DNA of 63,240 nt, the filler included, from Octopus bimaculoides (lineage: Eukaryota), in assembly GCF_001194135.2 (NCBI RefSeq). It is 3 parts of 3 records of this genome, joined end to end, with 100 filler letters (N's around TTAATTAATTAA, not from the genome) between each part and the next. Parts side by side here need not be neighbours in the genome. Positions count along the whole stretch, not along the records: positions 1 to 30,111 come from NC_068992.1; positions 30,212 to 51,053 come from NC_068982.1; 1 more part is not named here. The stretch is one strand, 5' to 3'. This document shows, in pieces, positions 23,721 to 35,090 of the stretch. The notes below the pieces were generated by a model. It was not told the DNA's origin. It searched no databases and saw nothing but the letters and a program-made list of their open reading frames with translations. The position numbers were made by a program, and so were the translations under genes. How positions within the stretch are numbered: the stretch's first letter is position 1; each line of letters starts with the position of its first letter.

Positions 23721-24239
23721 AAGATAAAAGAATTGTATGTATATATGTATGGGTATTTGTATGTTTATGTATAAATATATAAATGTATGTGCGTGTGTAC
23801 TTGTGTCTCATTCTAAAAAGAAGTTTGTTTCTGTCTCTAACCCTTAACCTCACAGCCAGTCATAGCCTGATTTATAATCTAAGCATGGTGGTCTTCTACT
23901 AACAACATGGTCAGTATTTTTATTGCTGTTCTTACTGATTTCTTTATCTGGTCACACTTGTACACCCATTATAGGATTTTCTTGATCCCTGCTATCTTGT
24001 GTGACATGCAAATATATTGATAATTTACATAATGGGAAAAATGTATATGTCTTGAGTTTTTAACATTTGTTATTGTATGTACTTCAGATCATTGATGAGG
24101 TGAAGTGCACGATTGCATAATATTCATATTGCTGTTATGTAATGTTACAGCATTTTGATGGCATATGTGTATACTCCATAAAGCACTGAATACAAAACCT
24201 GTTTTCTGCACATCATTATTATTTTTTCTATATGTATAG

Positions 24240-24284
<45 letters not shown>

Positions 24285-24351
24285 NNNNNNNNNNNNNNNN
24301 NNNNNNNNNNNNNNNNNNNNNNNNNNNNNNNNNNNNNNNNNNNNNNNNNNN

Positions 24352-24810
24352 ATACATCATCATCATCGTTTAACGTCCGCTTTCCATGCTAGCATGGGTT
24401 GGACTATTTGACTGAGGACTGGTGGACCAGGAGGCGACACCAGGCTCCAATCTGATTTGGCAGAGTTTCTACTGCTGGATGCCCTTCCTAATGCCAACCA
24501 CTCCGAGACTGTAGTGGGTGCTTTTACGTGCCAACCGGCACGAGGGCCAGTCAGGCGGATACTGGCAACAGCCATGCTCGAAATGGTGTATTTTACGTGT
24601 CACCTGCACAAGAGCCAGTCCATCGGCACTGGCAACGATCTGACTTGAATGAATTTTCACATGCCACTGGCACAAGTGCCAGGAAGGCGACGTTGATAAT
24701 GATCACACTAGTGCTATTTACGTGCCACCGGCATGGAAGCCAGACAGCTGCTCTGGCAACGATCACACTCGGACGGTGCTCTTAGTGCTCCACTAGTACA
24801 GGTGCCATCA
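24352..24810 (-). mobile_element. RTE LINE 3'UTR fragment with internal tandem subunits
   Basis: Same 3' end as other copies, plus 4-5 degenerate gtgcttttacgtgcc...ctggcaacg units. Confidence 0.85.
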
Positions 24811-26341
24811 TGATATATATGTATATATGCGTATACATATGTTTGTACGTATGTAGGTATGTATGTTTGTATGTATATATATATGTGTGTGTATGTCTGT
24901 TTTTATGTCCTTATATGTATATTTGTATGTATGCATGCATGTGTGTATGTACGCATGCATGCATGTATGTATGCATGCATGTGTGTATGTACGCATGCAT
25001 GCATGTATGTATGCATGTATGTATGTATGTATGTATGTATGCATGCATGTATGTATGCATGTGTATGCATGCATTTATCCTGGAGTGAGGATATAACCTT
25101 TATCTCTTACCACTATGTTTCTGAATTATTTATTCAATAAACTGTTTTAAAAATGGCATGCTATATTTTGACAGATTGTTCTCAAAGTCAAGAGATGTAT
25201 ACAATTTAGTTGTTATTTCTCTAACCTATTTTATATTTTTTACTTCTCTTTATTCACTATTGCATGAGTTGGTTGTTTTCTTTCAATCTGAATATTTGCA
25301 TGTTGTTTAAAGCAATTGTTTCTCTAAGTGAATCATGCAAGAGCAGAACCTGTAATCAACCAGACAAACTCTGGCTAAAGTATAGGACAATGTCAATATA
25401 AATATAGTATATTATTCAGTATATTGTTATAAAGGCAACTGAAGCCGACCATATCAAGTTTCGCGAGTAGAAGATGAGAATGTGTAAGAGAAAATTATAG
25501 AATGATTTGGCAGCTGTAACAGCCTCATACCTTGTAAGACTTCATTTTAATGACAAAATCCAAATATTCGTATTTCTTTGTAAGCATTTATAATACTTCC
25601 TTCAAAATATTTTGATTTTCTTTTCATGTAGTTTAGAGATAGATCAGTCACATCCAAAGGATACTAGCATGAAATAGCAGATAGCAGATAGCAGATTGAT
25701 GATGAAAAGATCGGAGAAGGGAGCAGTAGGTGACTGACATAATCTTTTCTACTCTAGGCACAAGGCCCAAAATTTTTGGTGAAGGGGCTAGTTAGACTGC
25801 CATAATACCATCTTAAATATACTGAAAAGACAGTTTCTTTCATATTGGTGGTTTCTATAAGTATTCAATTTATGCATTCTTGTATATGTTTCACTTGTTG
25901 GATAAAACTGATCAGCTTTGCTAAAGTGTATTCATGACATATAGTTAATTAAATGCTTATACACTGCAAATATTTCTCCAAACTAAGATAATTCATTATG
26001 TTTCAATCAGCTCTATAACCATATTGTCCATTAATTTAGGAATCAAACCACATTGTTCAGTCAGTTATATGACCAATGGATTGGTAGTTACTGGTGCACT
26101 AAACTCATTTTTATTGGAATTACTAGAAGTAACTGGTAATATAGCATAGAACATAATCTAAATGTAACTATTCAAGCTTCTTGTGTGTGTGTGTAGTTTT
26201 AATATCAGTCCATTTCTAATAAAAACAGCTGTATGTAGGTAAACTACATTCAGAACAGCAATTCAAGTGACTTTCCCAAATAGACTGAAAGTGATGAACT
26301 GAATGTTAGTATATCAAAATGGAAATTAACATTTGATAATA

Positions 26342-27608
26342 TGAGCGTGGACGGAAAAGTTTTTAGGCTGGCTATGAAGGAGTAGTGTCAGAGCTGAGAA
26401 ATTTTGCATGCATTAATTTCAGCCCTTCTTATTAATAACTGCATTGTTTCTTTCCAGTTAAACTGGCATCTGACTGTTGAAAGAAGACTTCAAAAGTAAT
26501 GAGTAGTGACATTTCTTGAAAATGGACAAAATTTGGCATTGTGGGGTTATCAAGTACCTCAGCAAAAATGGGTTTAGCCCCCAAGGACACTCATGCTGAC
26601 ATAGTTACTACATCACAGGATGACAATCCAGCTTTATCAACGATGCAAAATTGGGCACTGAATTTAAGAGGGGAAGAGAGAGTCTTAAAGCTGACTCAAT
26701 GTCTGGACATCCTGCAACTCCAACCACCAAAGAAAATATTGTATTTACTACATGGTAATGGATGACAGGCAATTAACTATAGATCAAAAAGCCAATGCTA
26801 TTAGTATATCCTGCAAGAGAGTTGAGAATATTTTGCACAATGAACTTGGCATGATAAAAGCATCTTAGAGGCTGCTACATCTCCAAACACCAGATCAAAA
26901 ATGCACCAAGTTGATCATATTACAGCAAAATCTGACATTGTTTGAGGCAGGTGTCTTCTTGAATATTTCCTAAATCAGTATGGGTGTTGGGTTTATCACT
27001 TCGATCTAAAGACAAAGAAATAATCCATGCAGTGAAAACACTCTTCCTCACCTACTCCAAAAAAGGCCAAGGTCGTTTCATTTCAGGGAAGTTGATGGCC
27101 TAAGTTAATTTGGAATACAGAAGGCTATTTTCAAAAGGGCCACACCATCGATGGAGAGTACTATGTCAATGTGCTGAGATAGTTACAAAAAGCTATCAAG
27201 ACCAAACATCCAGAGAAACTGATGAAAGGGGTTTTTATTTCATCAGAACAATGCTCCAGCACACAAATCCTTGCTTTCAATGGCTGCTGTGAGTGGCTGT
27301 GGCTTTGAACTGGTTGATCACCCACCCTACACTCCTGATTTGGCCCCATCTGACTATCATCTGTTGCCTAACATGATAAAACATTTAGCTGGGAACCAAT
27401 AATGCAGTGATAATGACAACATATCTGTTGCTGATGACTTTTTTGACCAACAAGATGAAAGCTTTTTCACCAATCAGGTCCAAGCACTGCAGTTCCAATG
27501 GAAAAAGTGTATGGACTACAAGTGGAAACTATTTTGAAAAATAAACCCCATTTGGTCACATTCCATGAGAGTATGTTGGTCAGCCAAGGAACCTTCAGCT
27601 GACACTTA
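26342..27608 (+). mobile_element. Full-length decayed mariner (DD34D-type) transposon, transposase pseudogene ~26522-27544
   Basis: TA flanks and imperfect TIRs. Reads MDKIWHCGVIKY..., EFKRGRESL, CWVYHFD, KGHTIDGEYY, LFHQNNAPAH, HPPYTPDLAPSDYHL, matching the mariner YSPDLAPSD motif. Confidence 0.92.
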
Positions 27609-28369
27609 TACATGATACATGTGATAAAGTTACATGTGTGCTACTGTTAATCTATTAAGTGATCATTAGGCACTTTAAATGTGTGAGAGGGAGATAGGTT
27701 TAGCCAAATAACTTTTTTACTTGACTGGTACTTTATTGTATCAAGCCAAGAAAGATGAAATACAATGTTCACCAAATGATTTGAACTCATAAAAATAAAG
27801 AGCTGTAACTTTATGCCACAAGGCCTAGCTTTTATATTTGTAACAACCACTTCTTTCTATGACTACACAGTCAAATTTAACGTTTTGTTTTTCTTTTAAC
27901 TGATTTCAGTCACTGGCTTACGATCATGCCTTGAATAGTTTACTCCATTAAACTGACACAAATACTTATTCTTAATTCTGATGCCAAAACACACAGAGAA
28001 GGATGGTGCAGGCTTCTGCCAGGCCAGCTCCTGACAAACCATCCAACCATGACAGCATGGAAGAGGGACATTAAAAATGATGATACTTATTCTGCTGTTG
28101 TCTTTTCTTGCCAAACCTCTAAGTTGCAGAGATATAAACTGTTATTAAGCACTGAGAAAGATAAACACATGCATGCATGCACACAATGGTCTTCTGCACA
28201 GTTTCCCTTTACTAAATTCACTCACATGCTATTGGCTAATCTCTGGTTATAGGAGACCAAGCCTGAAAGTGTGGCTGAAAAGCAATCTTTCAATTAAGTC
28301 TAAAATTCTTTGAGAGACATTGTAGGAAGTAATGGTGATAATATTTTAATATTCATTAGATTCAGGGCA

Positions 28370-28620
28370 GTGAGCTGACAGGATTGTGAGCATGCTTAAC
28401 AGTATTTCACCTATTTACGTTCATCATCATCATTATCCTCATCCTGAATTCAAATTCTGCTGAACATGACTTTGCCTTTTATCCATTCAGGATCGATAAA
28501 ATAAGTGCCAGTTGAACACGGGAGTCAATGTTATCAACTTACCACCTCCCTGAAATTGCTGGCATTGGGCCAAAATTTGAAACCAATAATCATTAGTTTT
28601 GTAAGTCAAGAGAAAGACTC
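28370..28620 (+). mobile_element. Divergent SINE family B copy
   Basis: gggcagtgagctgacagg..., gaattcaaattctgctgaacatgactttgcctttt atccattcaggatcgataaaataagtgccag. Homologous to 52705-52933. Confidence 0.7.
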
Positions 28621-29619
28621 CAAACTGGAAGTCAAAACAAGATAACTTGTCAATGATTTTAGCTAGAATACAATGAGCATCTCTCAATTTTTGAATATAA
28701 AACACTCATAACAGATTTGAGCTATCCCTATTTAGTTTCACTACATCCAACATAACTTCTCCCAAATCAGACTCACACCATTCTGCATTTATTACTTTGT
28801 TCCAAACATATTTTTAAGAGTGTCATTTGTCTGCCATTCTATATAAATGTTCAGAAACCAGATGGAATTTTACTTGTAGATATTACATTGTAAAATTATT
28901 GGTTGGAGAAGTTCCATTTAATTTACCTACTTATGAGGTGCAAGGAATACCAAAATTTGCAATAACAGTTCAATACTATGAGTGAATGAGTAAATATATG
29001 AGTATTGTTTTTTTTTTCCTTTTTATCAATATCTGCTTGATTTTATATAGTATATAGGAATCCCAGTTTCAAATACGAACTGATAGAAATAACTTGTTCA
29101 ATATCACATTACATCTATAACGATAGTTATTAAGAACTTAGATATGAGTAAAATTGAGATTATTACTATCATTTGATAAATAGGATGAGAATATATTCTA
29201 AGATTATGAATATTGACTTCTATAATTCCTGCAATAATGATTTCTCTGTAGGCCAATTTTGAAAAGATTATCAATATTAGCAGCATTGGCATTTTCATAA
29301 AAGAGAGATGGTTGCTATCATTTTGGATGGGATATTAGAAAGATGCAGAAGATATAAAATTATTTTGTGATTATTATGGTAATGGAATAGTTTAAGTTAA
29401 TTTAAAAAATCATAAACTATTATTTTTTACTAAGCAGCAATATAATTAAAGCAGAAGGATTTGATAACAGTATCAACTGTTATTCAAATAAAATAGATTT
29501 TTTTTTTTGTAATTTCTATTAAATTCTATGCTTATTCAAGGCTTCAACTAATGGCGATTTTTTTCTTGTAGAGAATGTATTATCTCTTAAGCAGTCATTC
29601 CAAGTATTTTTACCTTTTT

Positions 29620-29830
29620 CTTTACTTGTTTCAGTCATTTGACTAAGGTCATGCTGGGGCACTGCCTTGAAGAGTTTAGACAAGCAGATCGACCCTGGAA
29701 CTTATTCTTTTCTAAAGCTTAGTACTTATTCTATCAGTTGCTTTTTGCCAAACTAATAAATTATGGGATCGTAAGCACATCAACTCTGGTTGTCTAGTGG
29801 TGATGGAGAGACAAACACAGGCATAATGAC
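29620..29830 (-). mobile_element. SINE family A tail
   Basis: tttacttgtttcagtcatttgact..catgctggggcactgcc..tagtacttattctatc. Confidence 0.75.
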
Positions 29831-29872
29831 ACACATACATAAATATTTTCATATATATATATACATATTTAT

Positions 29873-30036
29873 AGGCGCAGGAGTGACTCTGGTAAGTACC
29901 TTGCTTACCAATCACATGGTTCTGGGTTCAGTCCCACTGCGTGGCACCTTGGGCAAGTTTCTTCTACTATAGACTTGGGCCGAATAAAGCCTTGTGAGTG
30001 GACTCGGTAGACGGAAACTGAAAGAAGCCCGTCGTA
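29873..30036 (+). mobile_element. SINE family A head
   Basis: ggcgcaggagtgact..ggtaagtaccttgcttacc..gggttcagtcccactgcgtggcaccttgggcaagt..gaaactgaaagaagcccgtcg. Confidence 0.85.
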
Positions 30037-30057
30037 TATATGTATATATATATATAC

Positions 30058-30103
<46 letters not shown>

Positions 30104-30111
30104 TCATCATG

Positions 30112-30211
30112 NNNNNNNNNNNNNNNNNNNNNNNNNNNNNNNNNNNNNNNNNNNNTTAATTAATTAANNNNNNNNNNNNNNNNNNNNNNNNNNNNNNNNN
30201 NNNNNNNNNNN
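30112..30211. other. Artificial 100-bp assembly spacer (44 N + TTAATTAATTAA + 44 N)
   Basis: The 12-mer at 30156-30167 is a palindrome with stops in all six frames. An identical structure occurs at 51054-51153. Confidence 0.9.
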
Positions 30212-30243
30212 TATATATATATACATATATATATTCATATACG

Positions 30244-30280
<37 letters not shown>

Positions 30281-30334
30281 GATATATATATTCATATATG
30301 TATACATATACGTACATATATATTTGTGTGTGTG

Positions 30335-30371
<37 letters not shown>

Positions 30372-30685
30372 GCACACATATACACATATATATATACATA
30401 TATAGCAAAATTAACAGTTACTCGAGGTGTACACACACACATACACACAGTGGCCCAAGTAGGTTTACAGTTATCTCGTAGGCACTTTATGATTCTTTTA
30501 AAAGATTTTATTACGTTTAAATTTCTATCTTACAAACTTAAAAGGGAGTTTGAGAAAATTAACTCAGCATAGAGTAATGGTTTCATATTTTTTTTTATAA
30601 TCAAGATCTAAACTGTTAATATATGAATGCTAAAGAGATAGTTGTATAACTGTAAACCTACTTTTGGGATCACCCTGTATATATA

Positions 30686-30762
30686 GGTGCAGACGTGGCT
30701 GTGTGGTAAGAAGCCTGCTTCCAACTACATGATTCTACTATCAGTCCTAGTGTGTGTGTGTG

Positions 30763-30806
<44 letters not shown>

Positions 30807-31020
30807 CATACGTGTGTGTATGTTTGTTCCCCTATCACAGCTTGACAACCAGTGTTGGTTTCAACTCACTGTAACTTAGCACTCCGGCACAAGAGACCCA
30901 TAGAAAAAAATACTAGGCCATAAGAAAATAAGTTCTGGGGTCGATTTCTTTGAATAAAACCCTTCGATGCATTGCTCTGACTTGGCCGCAGTCAATTGAC
31001 GGAAGCAAATAAACGAAGTA
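30686..31020 (+). mobile_element. SINE family A, degenerate, with a microsatellite centre
   Basis: Head ggtgcagacgtggctgtgtggtaagaagc; tail ggggtcgatttctt...ggccgcagtcaattgacggaagc. Confidence 0.7.
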
Positions 31021-31021
31021 C

Positions 31022-31056
<35 letters not shown>

Positions 31057-31630
31057 TACGTATATACATACACACATACATACACACACACATACATAGG
31101 AGCATTTACTCACATACATATTCTCATATATGTCTTAGTGTGTGTGTGTGTGTTATCGAGAATATCTTGACGCATGTACACGTGGATAGCTGTTTAATTA
31201 TAAAATAGAAAGACTACACAACTTGTCTGTCAAGCTTTGGAAAGTAGGCGACACTTTTTCTCATCATTTTATAAAAATATTTATTTTTTCTTGATAGTTT
31301 TTGTTTTTATTAGCTATTCGTCTTCCTGATATTCAACCGAGGTCAACTCTACCTTGTGGGTAGATGAAGTGCAGCACCAGTCGCCTGCTGGAGTCGATAT
31401 AAACATGTAATCCGTGTACTCAAAATTGCCCGCTTTTTTGCTTTTTTTCGGAAGGTGATAGAATATTTAAACTGCCGGACAAAATGCCTTGTGCTCTTTC
31501 TTCCGACGTTCTGGGTTTAAATTTAGCAAAGAGCAATGTCTATGATGATTTCAAAACGACAAGATAAAGTTCAATAAAATCATGGGGCCAAATGTGCTTT
31601 CCCGGTCCGACAAAACTTTTAGCCCTGTAC

Positions 31631-31741
31631 CTAAATTCTTCTTCTTGTAGTTCTTTTTGTAGTTCTTCTTCTTCTTCTTGTAGTCGTTGTTGTAGCTCTT
31701 CTTCTTTCTTCCCCTTGTTGTTCTTCTTTCCTTTCCTTCTT
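31631..31741 (-). CDS. Candidate 111-nt exon encoding a Lys/Glu/Gln-rich coiled-coil-like segment
   Basis: Splice sites ttctgtaag|A ... TTTAG|gtacag, phase 2-2 and open (RRKGKKNNKGKKEEELQQRLQEEEEELQKELQEEEFR). Phase is compatible with exon 36529-36722. It could equally be a purine-rich UTR. Confidence 0.3.
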   Translation of the reverse strand, partial: KKERKEEQQGEERRRATTTTTRRRRRTTKRTTRRRI

Positions 31742-31828
31742 CTTACAGAATGCGCAGAACATCGACAAAATACCTTACAATCAATTTCATTTAGTTTCAA
31801 ATTTCGAATCCCCTCAATGTTGTCTTAC

Positions 31829-31875
31829 CTTTTCATCCCTTAGATATCGATAAAATATTTCACCAATCACGTGTT
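31829..31875 (-). promoter_or_regulatory. Adjacent CCAAT and CACGTG motifs next to a strong minus-strand splice donor
   Basis: caCCAATCACGTGtt at 31861-31875, and AAG|gtaaga with the last exonic base at 31829, in a CpG-rich unique segment. Confidence 0.3.
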
Positions 31876-32809
31876 ATTGTCAATGCAGTCGAGTAAATCC
31901 TTTTTATTCAACGTCTCATCTCTTATGATTTCTTAGAAACGAAGAATCGCTAGGAAGTCTATATTTGTTCTGTAACTTTACATTCTGCTTTGAATTTCCA
32001 CCAAGGCCAGCATCACCTTTCATCCCTCGCCCCAATATTGATGAAATAAAGTATATGCCACGATGTGGGGTCGATATATTGTGCCTATGTTACAATATGT
32101 CTTTACTATTATCATCATTATTATTCGAATGTTTTGAGATAACCAGAAACAGTATTGGGTGCCATACCTCTATCAACAACAAAGGACACGCAAAATGGAA
32201 ATTCTGCAGGGGTTGAGTTTCCCTCTTCTCTATTGTTCAGCTTATTTGTTAACCGAATATAGCAACCATTTTCTTATGGAGCAAACGAAGGTTTAAGTTT
32301 ATTAGACTATATGCACCACCAAAAGCAACGATAAAATAGGTGTTATTTTGTCTCTGAAGTTGGGATCATGCTGGAGCACTGCTTAGTGTTGGGAAACATT
32401 ATTACAAATATACGTCCACTCCCCATCTTTGTCTTATCTACGTTCACTTCGATAAAACATGTATGTATGTGTATGTATGTATGTATGCATACATTTATAT
32501 ATATATATATATATATATAAAATAATAATATAAATAATATATAATATATGCATATATACATATATGTATATACCTACATATATATGTATATATACATGCA
32601 TATATGGGTACAGGGCATAAAAAAAAACGTAAAACACAATGAGAAACGAAAATAGAGAAAACACTTTTTTTCGAACAACGAAAAAAACAGAGAGACGAGA
32701 CATGAAACATGCATATAAACATACATACATACATAAATACACACATTCATATCGTTTTGGACCGTTGAAATCTACGAGTTTTTTTTCGTTCTGTCTCTAT
32801 TTATTTTCC

Positions 32810-32938
32810 CTTATACCTTTCTGTTGAAGAGTGTAGACGCGAAACATAAGACTTTTTCATTTTCCCGAGAGTCAAGCTAATACACTTGCTTGTTGTTCAT
32901 ACACCTGTCTTCGTCTTATGTTTTTCTATAAATTTCAA

Positions 32939-32976
<38 letters not shown>

Positions 32977-33150
32977 AAAAATATATGCATATACATGTAT
33001 ATTTGTTTGCGTATATATGTATGTGTGTCTTTCCATCTGTTGTTTTCTACTCATTCCTTTCTGTAGAAGAGCGTAGGCTCAAAACGTCACAGACTAAGTG
33101 TCAAACTAGTACACCATGTTTGTTGTTCCCTCACCTGTCTGACTTTTTTG
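32810..33150 (+). ncRNA. Tandem (240-nt spacing) hammerhead-like motifs with a non-canonical core, Penelope pLTR/retrozyme-like
   Basis: 32821: CTGTTGA-A-GAGT gtag ACGC-GAAACATA. 33061: CTGTAGA-A-GAGC gtag GCTC-AAAACGTC. Downstream flanks are homologous between the copies and to the reverse complement of ~60430-60541. Confidence 0.45.
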
Positions 33151-33165
33151 TATAATTTGGAACAA

Positions 33166-33225
<60 letters not shown>

Positions 33226-33304
33226 TACATATGTACACATAAAGAATATATATGTATGTATGTATGTTTGCATATATTCTTCTCTATTACTCTATTATTC
33301 TTGT

Positions 33305-33500
33305 ATTTGTTTGAGTCATTTGACTGCAGCCATGCTGGAGCACCGCCTGTTAGTCGAACAAATCGACCTCCCAGGACCTGTTCTTTGTAAGCCTGGTAAT
33401 TATTCTATCGGTCTCTTTTGCCGAACCGCTTAGTTACGAGGAGGTAAACACACCGACATCGGTTGTGAAGTGATAGTGGGTGAGTGAGGGACAAACATAC
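33305..33500 (-). mobile_element. SINE family A tail
   Basis: gagtcatttgactgcagccatgctggagcaccgcct..ttctatcggtctcttttgccgaaccgct. Confidence 0.8.
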
Positions 33501-34439
33501 ATGTTTAAGCACTCTTATAACAAAACTGCTCCCCACTACAAACATGAAATATATGTACACATTTGCCTGTGTACATATTTATATATATATGTATGTATGC
33601 ATGTATGTATATACACACACACACACACACACACACTATATTCACATATGTATATATGAGAGTTATGTGCATAGCCGCATAAATGCATATTAAACAAGTA
33701 TGGCTTGTTCCAGTGTCTAAACTGACCGCTGCTTCGTTTTGGTTGTGAGGCGTAAGTCCTCTCATCAAAATCGTTTTAGCTTTCATCATCCATTTTGTTT
33801 TCAGGTAAAAGTATCTAAGATTGCATGATGTAGTGTTTCTCTCTAGTTTATTTATTTTTTTTTTTAATAAAGTGTGACTTGAGAAAGTTTTGCCTGCTAA
33901 GCTAGCAAACCCACTAATCACATAGTTTCAACAATGGTTCCTTGATCAATTATTTACTGATCCGGTTTTCGCTTGTTATTCAAGCAACAACTGTTAACAT
34001 GACATGGGAATCGTCCACGAATGCTTCATTTATGTAAGTTCTTTGAGATATCAGTTGTCTTGGAATCTTTATTCTGTTACATATTCCAGTCATTGGTTTG
34101 CGACTGTGTTAGTATACGGTTTTGAAAGGCTTAATCGATCAGATCTATCCTCTTGTGTATATTAAATTTAGTACTTATTCTATGGGTACTTTTAGCCTTA
34201 TATCAGGGTACTTTTTGCCTCATATCAGCAAACAGACCAAATTTAGTTGTCAAACGTTGAGAGGCAAACACAACCCCCCACCCTCATCACCACACATAAA
34301 TCTCTTTTGGTAGTCTTTTGTGGCGTAGAAAAACGATTCCACAATTTCACACTGAACCATCAGCGTTAATGATATGTTTGTAGTGATCAAATGATTATGA
34401 CTTATCCGTCTCCCCCCCCCCCAAATCGACAGAGCCCTG

Positions 34440-34575
34440 TAGAAGTCGAAGTGATCGCAGAACCACATGAAATGAAGTGCTTTGCCCAATAACACAACGC
34501 ACCCCTCGCTTCGGGAATCGAAATCACAATCTTACGTTCGTGAGTGGGACACCCTAACCACTAAGCCATGCGTTC
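34440..34575 (-). mobile_element. tRNA-derived SINE head (additional family)
   Basis: Reverse complement reads gcatggcttagtggttagggtgt...gatttcgattccc...gtgttattgggcaaagcactt, with A/B-box-like motifs. Confidence 0.6.
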
Positions 34576-34739
34576 TCACGCACAAACATATACATACACG
34601 CATGAATGCGCACACACATACATATTCCTGTTTGTGAATGTATGCAAGTATGTGTGTGTGTGTGTGTGATACATAAACACACCCGTTTGATAGTGAGGAA
34701 AGCGTCTTTTGTTTATCCTCCTTTAAATCTGAGGAAAGT

Positions 34740-35090
34740 CCTTGTGGTCCCAGGTATTATTTGTAGCATATGAATTAAAAAGTTGCGTTCTCCCCACAAA
34801 GGCCCAAGTTCTGTTATACTTCATTCCAGGTGAGTTGGAGTGCATCTTGTTCCAATAATAATAATAGGTATGAAACTGAATCTATATATTGGACTAAAGA
34901 TTTTCAAATACCCTTTCAATAGTTCATAGACACCTTTCCTCCTTATTTCGCTCACAACATTGAGGTCTCAAGTGCACCGGATTTCCACGACAGACCATAT
35001 TCATTTTTGTGGTCCCTCACATCAATATCTGTTTGGTTGAGCTATAACTTGGTGGCTGTTGAAAATCTGAAGTTCCACTAATATTCTTTT
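34740..35090 (-). mobile_element. Heavily decayed Tc1-like transposase remnant
   Basis: Minus strand contains an FQQ-like triplet followed by a degenerate W..S.DLN.VE-like segment (gacctcaatgttgtgagcgaa). It is badly frameshifted. Confidence 0.35.

Noticed and set aside
23850-24010. Splice-like signals on both strands (ctaac..cacag acceptor on plus; gtaaga donor on minus)
   Set aside because: Every frame of the implied exons contains a stop.
29104-29298. 64-aa hydrophobic ORF
   Set aside because: Ile/Leu bias is explained by AT-richness; no splice support.
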